From the human T2T-CHM13v2.0 reference genome, Homo sapiens, in the NCBI RefSeq assembly GCF_009914755.1, contig NC_060925.1: DNA of 64,000 nucleotides; one strand, given 5' to 3'. A program made the translations under genes and the position numbers. This document shows, piece by piece, positions 63,778 to 64,000 of this stretch (positions within the stretch are counted from its first letter, which is position 1; every line of letters starts with the position of its first letter). The notes beneath the pieces are model-generated. The model saw only the letters and a program-made list of their open reading frames with translations, did no database searches and was not told where the DNA came from.

Positions 63778-64000
63778 GGCTGGGTGTGGTGGCTCACGCC
63801 TGTAATCCCAGCACTTTGGGAGGTTGAGGCGGGTGGATCATTTGAGGTCAGGAGTTTGAGACTAGCCTGGCCAACATGGTGAAACCCCGTCTCTACTAAA
63901 AATACAAAAATTAGATAGGCATGGTGGTACACGCCTGTAATCCCAGCTACTCGGGAGACTGAGTCAGGAGAATTGCTTGAACCTGGGAGGTGGAGGTTGC
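63778..64000 (+). mobile_element. AluS, truncated by window end
   Basis: GGCTGGGTGTGGTGGCTCACGCC... Confidence 0.93.

Overview
Human AT-rich, repeat-dense genomic DNA lying wholly inside PKN2 (protein kinase N2/PRK2, + strand). Fourteen coding exons (exons 3-16 by my recollection of the 984-aa protein, about residues 117-760) splice in frame. They encode HR1b, HR1c, the C2-like domain, the Pro-rich linker and the kinase N-lobe. The introns hold about 40 Alus (one young AluYa5), L1/L2/MIR remnants, Tigger/Charlie/MADE1 DNA transposons and solo LTRs (MLT1, MST, MER21, MER4, LTR33, LTR10), plus a U6 snRNA/L1 chimeric retrocopy. The most notable observations are: (1) an antisense LTR10 promoter with three contiguous p53 half-sites, pointing toward an in-frame pair of antisense exon-like segments in intron 8; (2) a GC donor at exon 12 followed at once by a stop and AATAAA, predicting a kinase-less isoform; (3) weak or atypical donors at exons 4 and 7; (4) a 51-bp near-perfect inverted repeat with a template-switch signature; (5) a 329-bp local duplication with fold-back filler, whose two copies flank exon 16. 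Repeat family names and boundaries were assigned by eye and are approximate. I cannot establish that any of this is undescribed without database searches.
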